Positions 11,104-20,656 of a DNA stretch of 64,000 bases are shown piece by piece (the stretch's first letter is position 1; the number at the start of each line of letters is the position of its first letter). Both the position numbers and the translations under genes were made by a program. The stretch lies in the NCBI GenBank assembly GCA_041178425.1, contig JBEGVH010000016.1, positions 96,001 to 160,000 of the forward strand, given 5' to 3'. The notes under the pieces were generated by a model. That model saw only the letters and a list, made by a program, of their open reading frames with translations, did no database searches and had not been told where the DNA came from. Source of the stretch: Pseudomonadota bacterium. Lineage in GTDB: Bacteria > Bdellovibrionota > Bdellovibrionia > Bdellovibrionales > Bdellovibrionaceae.

Positions 11104-11568
11104 ATGAAAAAAAATCTTTCTCTTGTCCTCTTATTCTCGCTTTCTGGGTGCATCTCATTGACTCCTCAAGAGGCTCCACTCAAGGAAGCGGTCTTTAGAG
11201 CTCCCTTGCAACAAGTATGGCTTTCGGCAGAAAAGGCATTGACCAATTATCCCATTGCCGAAAGCAACATTGATTCAGGTCTTTTAAAAACTGATTACCA
11301 AAGAGGCCCAAACTGCTGGACAGCCCCCGGAGTCTCTGAAAAATATTCTTCGGGAATTCGCTGCAATATGTTGTTCCAATTTGTATTTCTACAAGGAACA
11401 GGAACTCGAGTTCGGATAACTAAAACTATAGAAATGGTGAGAGACTTTGTTGCTGAACCCGAAAAAATAGAATCTGATGGGCTCGAAGAAATGTCGATCC
11501 TCTACAGAATCGACCGCGAATTAACGATCAATAAGGAAATAAGTCAGAACTCAAAAAAATCAAAGTGA
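11104..11568 (+). CDS. lipoprotein (possibly BamC/DUF3568-like fold)
   Basis: Lipobox LSGC; VW..A..AL..YPI..SN.DSG.LKTDY. Confidence 0.7.
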   Translation: MKKNLSLVLLFSLSGCISLTPQEAPLKEAVFRAPLQQVWLSAEKALTNYPIAESNIDSGLLKTDYQRGPNCWTAPGVSEKYSSGIRCNMLFQFVFLQGTGTRVRITKTIEMVRDFVAEPEKIESDGLEEMSILYRIDRELTINKEISQNSKKSK

Positions 11569-12306
11569 TTTTGTTTTTCCATTGGTCTCCCACCAATTCA
11601 ACCACCGAGTGCGGTGATCTTCGATGGAGTCCTGATCGGAACCAAATTGAAAATCAGAGGCTTTTTCTAAGGCGTGAATGGTCACCGCCTGAAGCTCTAC
11701 TTCGCCTTCTTTGAGAATCTCAATGAACTGTGAAATCTCTTTCTTTAGCGGCCGCTTTGCCAAGTGTTTTAGAACTTGTGGCCGAATCCATAGGCTCTGG
11801 CCCTTTCTGGAGTTGGCCGAGTCATTAAGAGCCTTCCAAAGGAGTTCCCTATCAGAGTCCAATCCCGTAGTGGCAAGAACATCGGCCGCAGACGACCTAA
11901 CAACAAGAGCTTTATCTTTAATTAATGCTCGCGCGATATCGGCTGATTCATCGGCTGAGATTTCATTGGCTGCTGACAAGGACGCTGATCGCATGAACCA
12001 ATCGGGGCTTTTTGAAGCTGCTAAAACATCGGCTCTCATGTCTGATCCTAGCAACCGACTTGCTAAGACCAGCGCTTTCCATCGAATGTTCAAATCCGTA
12101 TTCTTATCTGAAGCAATTGCTTTAAGTGCACTTTTTTGTTCTTCCGATAGATCTTTAGAAGCTTTTTCTAAATCTGTTTTCTCGAGCTGAAGCAACTTTG
12201 CTGTTTCCTGTAAAATATCTTTCTGCTGCTCTATAGGAGAAATAGCGGCCATCGCAAGATCAATTGAAATAAGTGATGCAGTTAAAAACAATATTTGCTT
12301 CAACAA
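11560..12306 (-). CDS. secreted HEAT-repeat protein
   Basis: Signal peptide; repeats IRWKAL, DWFMRSAS, DKALVVRSSAAD; C-terminal W..WW. Confidence 0.8.
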   Translation of the reverse strand: MLKQILFLTASLISIDLAMAAISPIEQQKDILQETAKLLQLEKTDLEKASKDLSEEQKSALKAIASDKNTDLNIRWKALVLASRLLGSDMRADVLAASKSPDWFMRSASLSAANEISADESADIARALIKDKALVVRSSAADVLATTGLDSDRELLWKALNDSANSRKGQSLWIRPQVLKHLAKRPLKKEISQFIEILKEGEVELQAVTIHALEKASDFQFGSDQDSIEDHRTRWLNWWETNGKTKSL

Positions 12307-12307
12307 C

Positions 12308-13372
12308 CTAGGCTCCTTCTTTTTTTAAGAACTCATCAAATTTGTTGAGAGCCTCAGTATCCACTTTTTCCATGCTAGACGCTTCTTCGAGAAGCTTATC
12401 AGTATCGACAGTTTGCTCTAACGCGTTTTCACCCTCTTTTACCTCAGCATCCGAAGGAAGCGCGTTAACTTCTGACATCATTTTATCGATATTGATCTCT
12501 CCCTGAAGAGCATCTGAAGCTGACTCAGGCGCAACATTCGCTTCAGGTTCCTGTTCGTCACCCGCGAGCGGCCCTCCTTCTGTTGCTGTGACTTCAGCCT
12601 CAGCTTTGGCAGCTACTTTTTGTTCTGCCACTGCCTTTTCAAATTCGGCCATAATTGCATCATCAGCAGCGTCAGAAGTTGCAACTTTCTCTAGAGCTGG
12701 CTCAGGAGTTGGTGCAGCCGCTGTAACAGGAACTGGCTCAGGAGTTGGTGTAGGAGTTGGTTCTGAAACTGGCATAGGCTCTAGAGATGGGATGGAGCGG
12801 GCTACACCACTATCGGCTTGGAGATTCATCATTTTTGTTTTTAACTGTTCCACTTCTGCAAGGAGCCGGGCATTTTCCTCTTTATACAACGACAGATCTG
12901 CAATGTCGTCTTCAATGACAGCATACTCGGCAAGACGTGCTTCTAAATCTTTTACCTTAGCCTCGAGTGCTACGGTGTCTCCACTTCCCTCACTCGCGGG
13001 GGTGGTAGTACCAGCTTCACCCGCTGGGGCGGCCGCTAAATGACTCTTTAACTGCTCTAGTTCTTCATGCTTGTGAACAAGTTGATCTTTAAGTTCTTCG
13101 ATCTGTTTATTAAGCCCCTCAAGAACTTCATCTTTTTTTGCGGGATCACTATCTACAGCCGGACTCCCATGGGAAGCCTGGGCATGGCTCTCTAAAATTT
13201 TCTTAATTCCTTCTTCCAGGCTTTTAAGATCAGCCCCCGAGGATGGCTCCTCTGGCTTTGCAAATGTACGCATCGTATACAAAATAATGGCCCCGAGGAC
13301 GACTCCGAAAAGCACCTCAATAATTAGGACATTGCTTCTAAAGAAAAAGTTTAAAAAATGCTCTAAATTCAC
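12308..13372 (-). CDS. single-TM coiled-coil protein with Pro/Thr-rich and acidic regions
   Basis: N-terminal TM, heptad regions, PTPTPTPEPVP linker. Confidence 0.75.
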   Translation of the reverse strand: MNLEHFLNFFFRSNVLIIEVLFGVVLGAIILYTMRTFAKPEEPSSGADLKSLEEGIKKILESHAQASHGSPAVDSDPAKKDEVLEGLNKQIEELKDQLVHKHEELEQLKSHLAAAPAGEAGTTTPASEGSGDTVALEAKVKDLEARLAEYAVIEDDIADLSLYKEENARLLAEVEQLKTKMMNLQADSGVARSIPSLEPMPVSEPTPTPTPEPVPVTAAAPTPEPALEKVATSDAADDAIMAEFEKAVAEQKVAAKAEAEVTATEGGPLAGDEQEPEANVAPESASDALQGEINIDKMMSEVNALPSDAEVKEGENALEQTVDTDKLLEEASSMEKVDTEALNKFDEFLKKEGA

Positions 13373-13474
13373 CCTTTCAGTTTAATTCACCAAAAATTGG
13401 GGTCAAGAATCGACCCCATAAACAATTAAGTCCTAGTCCTAGACCCTGAAAGAAAAGTCTGGTATACTTTGGTC

Positions 13475-14830
13475 ATGTCTAAAACGTCTGAGAATGAAAC
13501 AAAATTTGATTATACTTTAGTCGGTGGTCAAGTCGCTCTGACGACTCCCAACGGTGACATTAAAATAGTTAAAACTGATATCGGCATCATCAATGGCAAA
13601 GTGGCTCAAATAGGTTACCTCCGATCATCACCGACGTCTCAAAAAATTGATATTGAGGGACTTCACGTTTTACCTGGTGTCGTCGATTCTCAGGTTCACT
13701 TTAGAGAACCTGGCCTAACACACAAAGAAGACCTCGAAACCGGGACGAGAGCAGCACTACTTGGTGGCGTTACCGCCGTCTTTGAAATGCCGAATACTCA
13801 ACCCAGTACAACTGATCGCCAATCGTTTCAAAACAAGGTCCGCGCGCTCGAAAATAGAGCTTGGTGCAATGTGGGTTTTTATATTGGGGGAGCTCACGAT
13901 AACATTGACCAACTGGAAGAACTTGAAAGTCTTGACGGCTGCTGCGGTGTAAAAGTGTTTATGGGTAGTTCGACCGGCTCATTGCTTGTTGAGGACGATG
14001 CCGCTCTTTTAAATATACTCAAACATGGTAAACGCAGAATGGCGGTCCATTGCGAAGATGAATATCGATTGAGAGAGCGAAAGTCGATTGCGATAGATGG
14101 AAAGTCAGCCCATCTTCATCCGGTTTGGCGAGATGAGGAAACCTCCTTAATAGCCGTTCAACGATTAGTGCGACTTGCATCTCAAGCACAGCGTCTAATT
14201 CATATTCTCCATGTCACTACAAAACAAGAGGTGGAGTTTCTCGCTGCTCATAAAAATATCGCCACGATCGAAGTGCTTCCACAGCATCTTACACTCGCAG
14301 CTCCCGAATGCTACGAAAGACTCGGGAATTTTGCCCAGCAAAACCCACCCATTCGCGATAAATCACATCAAGCGGCACTCTGGAGAGCTTTGCAAAAGGG
14401 TATTATCGATGTGATTGGATCTGATCACGCTCCGCATACGATTGATGAAAAAAAACGTGAGTACCCTCAGTCGCCTTCGGGCATGCCTGGAGTGCAAACG
14501 CTTTTACCAATAATGTTGAACCACGTAAACAATGGACAACTCTCCTTGGAACATTTGATTCGTTTGATTTCGATAAATCCTGCAAAAATTTTTAAGATTC
14601 AGGGCCATGGAAAACTCGAGATTGGTTGTAACGCCAATCTTACAATCGTTGATTTGAAAGCTGAACGTAGAATTGAAAACAAATGGATTGCGAGTCGGTG
14701 TGGTTGGACTCCGTTTGATGGAATGAAAGTAAAAGGCTGGATGAAAGCCTGTTTTGTTAATGGCCAGCTCGCTATGATGGAAGACCAGATCATCGACGGG
14801 CCTAAAGGCCAACTTCTTCATTTTAGCTGA
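13475..14830 (+). CDS. pyrC: dihydroorotase (amidohydrolase family)
   Basis: DSQVHFREPG, EMPNT, KVFMGSS, VHCED, HILHV, GSDHAPH. Confidence 0.88.
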   Translation: MSKTSENETKFDYTLVGGQVALTTPNGDIKIVKTDIGIINGKVAQIGYLRSSPTSQKIDIEGLHVLPGVVDSQVHFREPGLTHKEDLETGTRAALLGGVTAVFEMPNTQPSTTDRQSFQNKVRALENRAWCNVGFYIGGAHDNIDQLEELESLDGCCGVKVFMGSSTGSLLVEDDAALLNILKHGKRRMAVHCEDEYRLRERKSIAIDGKSAHLHPVWRDEETSLIAVQRLVRLASQAQRLIHILHVTTKQEVEFLAAHKNIATIEVLPQHLTLAAPECYERLGNFAQQNPPIRDKSHQAALWRALQKGIIDVIGSDHAPHTIDEKKREYPQSPSGMPGVQTLLPIMLNHVNNGQLSLEHLIRLISINPAKIFKIQGHGKLEIGCNANLTIVDLKAERRIENKWIASRCGWTPFDGMKVKGWMKACFVNGQLAMMEDQIIDGPKGQLLHFS

Positions 14831-14938
14831 CCCTAGTTCTCAGACCTTGAAGACTTCGACTTATTACTAAAGCCGTGACTTTGTGATTTAGAGGAACTCT
14901 GTTTCTCAGTCTTACAAACAAAAAGTAAACTGGTAGCG

Positions 14939-15574
14939 ATGTTTCAAATTAAGCGACCACCGCACTTTAGCAATTTAAAACGGCGACTTCCTCATTGGGG
15001 ACGGCCTAATAAAGCTGTCTTCTACTTTATTGGTTCTACCTTCTTTTTAAACACTCTGATTCTTAGCCCCTTCATCTACTTCACTAACCAAAATTTTAAT
15101 TTTTTTCAAAACTTAGCAATCGATACCAGCCCAACTCTGTTAACTCACCTGGAGCGTGAGCAAACTTGGTTTAATATAATTGCTATTGCTCTGTTATTTG
15201 CAATCAATATATCCAACTGGCGTTTTGCCATGAAGCTTCTCCGAAACTATAAAGGCCAAATATTTGCCCTTGATCGACACCTCAAGCACTTAATTCGCGG
15301 AGAATGGTTTGTGCCACCACTCCGTGTTCGAAGAACGGATGATTTTAAGGAAGTGGTGGAACAGTACGGCTATTTCTATAAATCGATTCAAGCTATTACA
15401 AAAGCAGAGATTCAGATTCTCGAACAAATGAAAATAGATCCCTCTGAGCGGGACAGCTTTCTTTTATGGAGAACTCTGCTCAATCAAAAAAAAGCACGCC
15501 TTGGTTTTGAAGATATTGGGCGAGAAAATGCGCGCGCTGCTGAACTTGGGGTTCACTGGAAGAAAGCCCTTTAA
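14939..15574 (+). CDS. 2-TM membrane protein with HAMP-like segment
   Basis: Two TM helices followed by LIRGEW...LRVRRTDDFKEV. Confidence 0.65.
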   Translation: MFQIKRPPHFSNLKRRLPHWGRPNKAVFYFIGSTFFLNTLILSPFIYFTNQNFNFFQNLAIDTSPTLLTHLEREQTWFNIIAIALLFAINISNWRFAMKLLRNYKGQIFALDRHLKHLIRGEWFVPPLRVRRTDDFKEVVEQYGYFYKSIQAITKAEIQILEQMKIDPSERDSFLLWRTLLNQKKARLGFEDIGRENARAAELGVHWKKAL

Positions 15575-16683
15575 AACAGTCTCAAACCCAAGGAAAAAAT
15601 TGAAGCCCACTCTTGATCAATTTTAGCCGCTGTATATTTCAAAGTTAATGGTAGGTAGGAGTGATCAAAAATAAAGTTAACGCCCGTAGCGAAACTCCCA
15701 CTTTCAGTCTTCCAAGAGCTAAGGCCACTCACTAGCGACCCCGTTAACAAATTGGGCGTTGTTCTCTGCCACTTCCACCCAATAAAAAATAGTTCTGACC
15801 GTTTAGATTCGCCCCCTACCCAAAAACCATGTGAGAAGACTAATCGATCAAAAATAGTTAATCCCAAGTCAGCCTCAAAATTATTGTTATCCCAAGCATC
15901 CACCGCGGATGTTAGCATGCCCTGATTATACCAAACTGAAAGATCTAAATTTGATTCGGCTAACTTCACTGGAACAGCATCATTCTTGCCTTTATTCTCC
16001 TCAATAAACGCTCGAACTATCTTAGGGCCAATGAGATGAGTAATATTACCTACCCCTGGATCAATTCTCTTTCTCGAGACAACGCCCACGATTTGCCCAA
16101 GATTGTTCAGAGCTGGTCCCCCAGAATTACCGGGGCTCACAGAGATATCAGAAATGATGGAAGCTTCGCTTCTTTGAGAGATGACACCTTTTGAAAAAAG
16201 GTAGGTACTCTCGTTGTCAAACGGCGGAAATTCAAATGTTCTAGCTGAGCTAGGGTGTCCGATCGTTGCCAATTCATCAGCAACATTTAAGTTATTATCA
16301 TCGGTCAAAACAGAGAATGGTTCGCCGACACCAGGAGTATTTAGCCTCAACAAGGCCAAGTCATTCTTACGGTCAATAGCCACAACAATGGCAGTGGAGG
16401 ATTGATCGTAGCGCTGCCCCCAAAACAAATAGACCTCTCTTAAAACAGCCACGCAGTGGGCAGCTGTCAAAACCAAGTCGCTATCAATCCTAGCGCCAGA
16501 GCATAGTCGACCAGCAGAAAAAATAACGGGAATCTTTTCTTTTGCCTCCGAATAAATTTGCTGCCATGGCTTTATTTTATTGGGAAGATTAATCGACATT
16601 TCAGTGGCCGACATGGGGATTCCATGAAAAAAAAGAGCGCTGAATAGGCAAATAAAGCGATAGAGAGCCGACTTATGGTTCAT
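15571..16683 (-). CDS. secreted trypsin-like serine protease with C-terminal beta-strand domain
   Basis: LTAAHC, NDLALL and PGNSGGP catalytic-triad motifs; ends SIFSLGLRLF. Confidence 0.88.
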   Translation of the reverse strand: MNHKSALYRFICLFSALFFHGIPMSATEMSINLPNKIKPWQQIYSEAKEKIPVIFSAGRLCSGARIDSDLVLTAAHCVAVLREVYLFWGQRYDQSSTAIVVAIDRKNDLALLRLNTPGVGEPFSVLTDDNNLNVADELATIGHPSSARTFEFPPFDNESTYLFSKGVISQRSEASIISDISVSPGNSGGPALNNLGQIVGVVSRKRIDPGVGNITHLIGPKIVRAFIEENKGKNDAVPVKLAESNLDLSVWYNQGMLTSAVDAWDNNNFEADLGLTIFDRLVFSHGFWVGGESKRSELFFIGWKWQRTTPNLLTGSLVSGLSSWKTESGSFATGVNFIFDHSYLPLTLKYTAAKIDQEWASIFSLGLRLF

Positions 16684-16693
16684 TTTTTTTGCC

Positions 16694-17146
16694 TCAACGA
16701 TTATGTTTCATTTGCTGTTTAACCTCACGAACGGCTTCTCGTTGTTTAATCGACTCGCGTTTATCATGTTGTTTTTTACCCTTAGCTAACGCAATCTCGA
16801 TTTTAATTCGCCCATTCTTAAAGTATATTTTTAAAGGTACGCAACTGAGTCCTTTTTCTCGAAGAGCTCCATAGATTTTCTCAAGTTCGTGACGATGGAG
16901 AAGTAATTTTCTCAGGCGCTCTGGCTCATGATTATTATAGCTACTCGCCTTGTATTCGGAGATGTGCGCATTTTGAAGAAACGCCTCATCTCCGACAAAG
17001 GAAACATAGGAATCTTTGAGCTGAACCTGCTTATTACGAATTGATTTAACCTCACTACCCGTCAAAGAAATACCAGCTTCGTAAGTTTCAATAATTTGGT
17101 AGTCGAATCGCGCCTTTCGATTCTCAGAAATTATTAAAATACTCAT
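16694..17146 (-). CDS. smpB: SsrA-binding protein
   Basis: NRKARFDY, EAGISLTGSEVKS, RKLLLH, KGKKQHDKR. Confidence 0.97.
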   Translation of the reverse strand: MSILIISENRKARFDYQIIETYEAGISLTGSEVKSIRNKQVQLKDSYVSFVGDEAFLQNAHISEYKASSYNNHEPERLRKLLLHRHELEKIYGALREKGLSCVPLKIYFKNGRIKIEIALAKGKKQHDKRESIKQREAVREVKQQMKHNR

Positions 17147-17967
17147 TGGGGCTTAACTCCATAAATATTTTTTGTTAAATCCCGCCATTGATTAATACTA
17201 AGCTCTTCAGCGCGAATTTTGTGAGATAGCTCGAGGGAATCGAAAATTAATCGAAGATTCTCATCCTTGGTGTTACCACCGAGAACCTTTAAGTTCGAAA
17301 TCAAAAATTTTCTCCGCTGAGCAAATCCAGCTTTTACTACCCTCAAGAAATCTTTACGTGAGCCTTCAAAATCTGTTCGTGGTTCGAAGAGCAAAACTCT
17401 GCTGGCAACCCTTGGAGGTGGATAAAAATCTTTGGCCCCAGCGTCTGTGACAATACTAACCTTCCAAAAATTTTGAGCGATGACCGATAATAATCCGTAA
17501 GCCTCCGTTTTAGGCTTGGCCATAATTCTATCGGCCACCTCTTTTTGAAACATCAATACCATTGCCTTAAGAGTTTTCTCATGAATACTACGATCTATAA
17601 CTATCGATGATGAAATTTGATAAGGAAGATTACTAACCAAAACAGTTTGTTCCGCATTTTTAATGAGATTCCAGTCCCACTTGAGGGCATCTGCCTCAAC
17701 CACATCGACCTTGCGGTCCCGCCAAAATTGAGAAAACGCCCGGTCCAGCTCAATGACTTTTAAAGGAACCTTGAGTTTCAGTAAAGAATCTGTCAGTGAT
17801 CCAAGTCCGGGACCAATCTCAACGAGCCCCTGAGGCTTTAGTTCTTCTACAGCCTTAACGATGCGCTCAATTGTAGTGACACTCACGAGAAAATTTTGCC
17901 CCAGCGCTTTTTTGGGGGCTGCCCCAAGAGATTCGAGCTTTGCTATAATTTCACTTGTTAAATACAT
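17143..17967 (-). CDS. rsmA: 16S rRNA m6,2A dimethyltransferase
   Basis: KKALGQNFL, EIGPGLGSLT, SNLPYQI, QKEVA, F.QRRK; start trimmed to ATG 17967. Confidence 0.95.
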   Translation of the reverse strand: MYLTSEIIAKLESLGAAPKKALGQNFLVSVTTIERIVKAVEELKPQGLVEIGPGLGSLTDSLLKLKVPLKVIELDRAFSQFWRDRKVDVVEADALKWDWNLIKNAEQTVLVSNLPYQISSSIVIDRSIHEKTLKAMVLMFQKEVADRIMAKPKTEAYGLLSVIAQNFWKVSIVTDAGAKDFYPPPRVASRVLLFEPRTDFEGSRKDFLRVVKAGFAQRRKFLISNLKVLGGNTKDENLRLIFDSLELSHKIRAEELSINQWRDLTKNIYGVKPQ

Positions 17968-18994
17968 TAAAGTCTCCCGGCAGAGCCTGTGGACTAGGCC
18001 CGAGAGATAAATCAGACCGCTCGCCCCGTTGCATACGCAGAATGCCACTGTAGCCGATCATTGCAGCATTGTCAGTACAGTATCGCAGAGGCGGGACCAA
18101 AAGGGCGATGCCTTTTTTATTCGCCCAATCCTCCGTCATTGATCTTAATCTCGAATTCGCACTGACTCCGCCAGTTAAAATAGCTTTATCGACCTTTTCG
18201 ACTTCTATGGCACGATTCAATTTTGAAACAAGGACATCACTGACTGCCTCCTGAAATGAAGCACATAAATCATTCAGCCTTTCACCAAAAGCATCTGCGC
18301 CAAGAGCTTCAATCATCCGCTGGGCTGAAGATTTCAGCCCAGAAAAGCTCATTTCAAAGGTGTCTTCTTTTAATAGAGCCCTTGGTAAGTCAAAGGCCTT
18401 CGGGTTACCAGTCTGAGCCAATCGATCAACATTGACACCTCCCGGAAACCCCAAACCAATCATCTTTGCAAACTTATCATACGCTTCTCCTGCAGCATCG
18501 TCTCGAGTGGAGCCCAGAACCCGATACTGTCCTAATCCTTTGACCTTGTAGAGACTCGTGTGTCCTCCACTCACAGCTAACGCTACGAAAGGTTGATCAT
18601 GCGAAAATGAAGGCTGATATTGATCATCTCTAAGAAAGGGAGCCAGGAGATGCCCCTCCAAGTGATTGACGCCAATAAAAGGCTTCTTTTTTAATTGAGC
18701 CAATGTTTTTGCCGTCACTAAACCTACAATCAATGAGCCCACCAACCCTGGCCGATTGGTTACGGCGATGCCGTGGATGTCATTCCAATCGTAATTGGTC
18801 ATAACTTTTTCAACGAGTGGAAGAAGCTGAAATGAGTGGTTTCTACAGGCGATTTCGGGAACAATGCCACCAAAAGGGGCATGAACATCGTCTTGGGAGG
18901 CTGACACTAACTCATGGACGTAGCCATCATGACCCACAATAGCCACAGAGGTATCATCACAGCTTGTCTCTATCGATAAAACTTTTTTTAACAT
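17951..18994 (-). CDS. tsaD: tRNA t6A37 threonylcarbamoyltransferase
   Basis: IETSCDDT, HLEGH, VSGGHT, DDAAGEAYDK, TDNAAMI. Confidence 0.97.
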   Translation of the reverse strand: MLKKVLSIETSCDDTSVAIVGHDGYVHELVSASQDDVHAPFGGIVPEIACRNHSFQLLPLVEKVMTNYDWNDIHGIAVTNRPGLVGSLIVGLVTAKTLAQLKKKPFIGVNHLEGHLLAPFLRDDQYQPSFSHDQPFVALAVSGGHTSLYKVKGLGQYRVLGSTRDDAAGEAYDKFAKMIGLGFPGGVNVDRLAQTGNPKAFDLPRALLKEDTFEMSFSGLKSSAQRMIEALGADAFGERLNDLCASFQEAVSDVLVSKLNRAIEVEKVDKAILTGGVSANSRLRSMTEDWANKKGIALLVPPLRYCTDNAAMIGYSGILRMQRGERSDLSLGPSPQALPGDFNVFNK

Positions 18995-19023
18995 GAATCT
19001 GGCCTCATCAAAGGGCCCAGAGT

Positions 19024-19764
19024 TTATTTAAGCGTCTTGAGACGCGCCTGAGCCTTCTTTGCCATATCAGATTGAGGGAATTTTGCTAGTACGTCTTGAT
19101 AAAAAACTTTTGCTTCTTCCACCATACCCAACTCTTGAAAACAAACCCCAGTCTTATAAGCAGCTTCTGCTGCATGCTTACCTTTTGGATTTTTTTCACG
19201 ATATTGTTCAAAGCTCAAAATGGCTTCCTTCCATTTTTTACCTTCAAAGCTAGTCAAAGCTGCATCATAGACACTTTTATCTTTTTCTTTGGAATCCTTG
19301 GATTTGTCCTTCGTCTTGCTCGCCTCAGTTGATTTTTCGCTACTTTTAGCAACTCCTCCATGGTTGGATTTGCCTGATTCCTTCGAGCGGGAAGCGATGA
19401 TTTCTTCCTGTAAGGCCTGCATTTGATTTTCCATCTTCAAAAGACTCTCCTGAAGAAGATCGTTTTGCCTCTTCATTTCATCGATGGATTTTTGTTGGGC
19501 TTCTTTTCCTGCGCCCTCATCTTGCTCCGTTTTTTTTATTCTAAATTCTAATTCTTCAATTTTACCTGTTAAAGCTCTATTTTGGTCTTGTAGCTCTTCT
19601 AACCTAGTTTGATTGTTGGCATAATCACGCTGTATCGTAGTTACTTGTTCTCGCATAGCCGTTGCAGATTCGCTCTCCTTGAGACTCGCACGAGTCTGCA
19701 AACAACCCGGTAAAGTTAGCACAGCCAACAGAATCAAATTTAAGTACATATTACAGAACCTCAC
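19024..19764 (-). CDS. cpoB: CpoB/YbgF-like Tol-Pal TPR lipoprotein
   Basis: Lipobox LPGC, coiled coil, C-terminal TPRs; in pal operon; start probably 19749. Confidence 0.8.
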   Translation of the reverse strand: MRFCNMYLNLILLAVLTLPGCLQTRASLKESESATAMREQVTTIQRDYANNQTRLEELQDQNRALTGKIEELEFRIKKTEQDEGAGKEAQQKSIDEMKRQNDLLQESLLKMENQMQALQEEIIASRSKESGKSNHGGVAKSSEKSTEASKTKDKSKDSKEKDKSVYDAALTSFEGKKWKEAILSFEQYREKNPKGKHAAEAAYKTGVCFQELGMVEEAKVFYQDVLAKFPQSDMAKKAQARLKTLK

Positions 19765-20059
19765 CAGTTTTAGATTTTTTCAACCGAGCCAGATTTTCAG
19801 CTTTTTCAGATAATTTTCGCGATTTTATAAATAATAATCGAGCGTCTTCAAACTCACGCTCATTATACAGCACCTCAGCTCTATGAAAAAGCTCCTGTGC
19901 TTGTTGGTATATCAGTGGGGCCAAACGTTCTGCATCACTCAGCCCGGCCGCATCGAGTGCTGACCGAGCCAAAGTGTATTCCTGAAGGGGAAGTGTTACT
20001 GAGGTACAGCTGCCAAAACAGAGCGGCAGAAAAAATACTAGTAACCACTTCTTCACCAA
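19751..20059 (-). CDS. DUF4398-like lipoprotein
   Basis: FGSC lipobox; AR.AL.AA....A...AP..Y..A helical pattern; between pal and cpoB. Confidence 0.7.
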   Translation of the reverse strand: MVKKWLLVFFLPLCFGSCTSVTLPLQEYTLARSALDAAGLSDAERLAPLIYQQAQELFHRAEVLYNEREFEDARLLFIKSRKLSEKAENLARLKKSKTGEVL

Positions 20060-20065
20060 TAAGTC

Positions 20066-20554
20066 CTATTTAGAGATTGGAAGAAAATTAGCGCGACGAT
20101 TTTTAGACCAAGCGTCTTCGCTTGAACCAGAAACCAATGGTTTTTCTTCTCCATAGCTGATCACGCTCATTCGATCAGCAGGAACACCTAATCCAACTAG
20201 ATAGTTCTTTACAGCTTGCGCACGTCTTTCACCGAGAGCCAAGTTATACTCGATCGTTCCACGATCGTCACAATGGCCTTCGATTTGAACAAGGGATTTA
20301 CCATTAGATTTAATCCAAGCAGCATTGCCTTCTAGATCTTTTTTCGCTTGAGTTGATAAACTGGATTTGTCGTACTCAAAGTGAACTGTCACAAGGCCCG
20401 AAATTTTTCCGCTGTCACTTCCGGCAGCATCAAATCCAAGAGGACTAGAATCAATATTTTGATTAGTAATCGCTTGTTGATCTTCTACTTTTTTCTTTGA
20501 GCTGCATCCTGCTGCGAAAACGAGTGCTGCGACAACTAAAACAAGTTTCTTCAT
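20066..20554 (-). CDS. pal: peptidoglycan-associated lipoprotein
   Basis: AAGC lipobox; IEGHCDDRGTIEYNLALGERRA; SYGEE; KNRRA. Confidence 0.95.
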   Translation of the reverse strand: MKKLVLVVAALVFAAGCSSKKKVEDQQAITNQNIDSSPLGFDAAGSDSGKISGLVTVHFEYDKSSLSTQAKKDLEGNAAWIKSNGKSLVQIEGHCDDRGTIEYNLALGERRAQAVKNYLVGLGVPADRMSVISYGEEKPLVSGSSEDAWSKNRRANFLPISK

Positions 20555-20656
20555 TGTTGAGGTCTCCTTTTTATTTTTCGTCCCATTTTAGTCATGATCA
20601 TGTTCTTGTCAAACTTTTGATTGCTCATTTAAAGGGGCAATGCTGCAATCGAGCCC

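Noticed and set aside
16694..17146. tmRNA near smpB
   Set aside because: Flanks are fully coding; no ssrA termini seen
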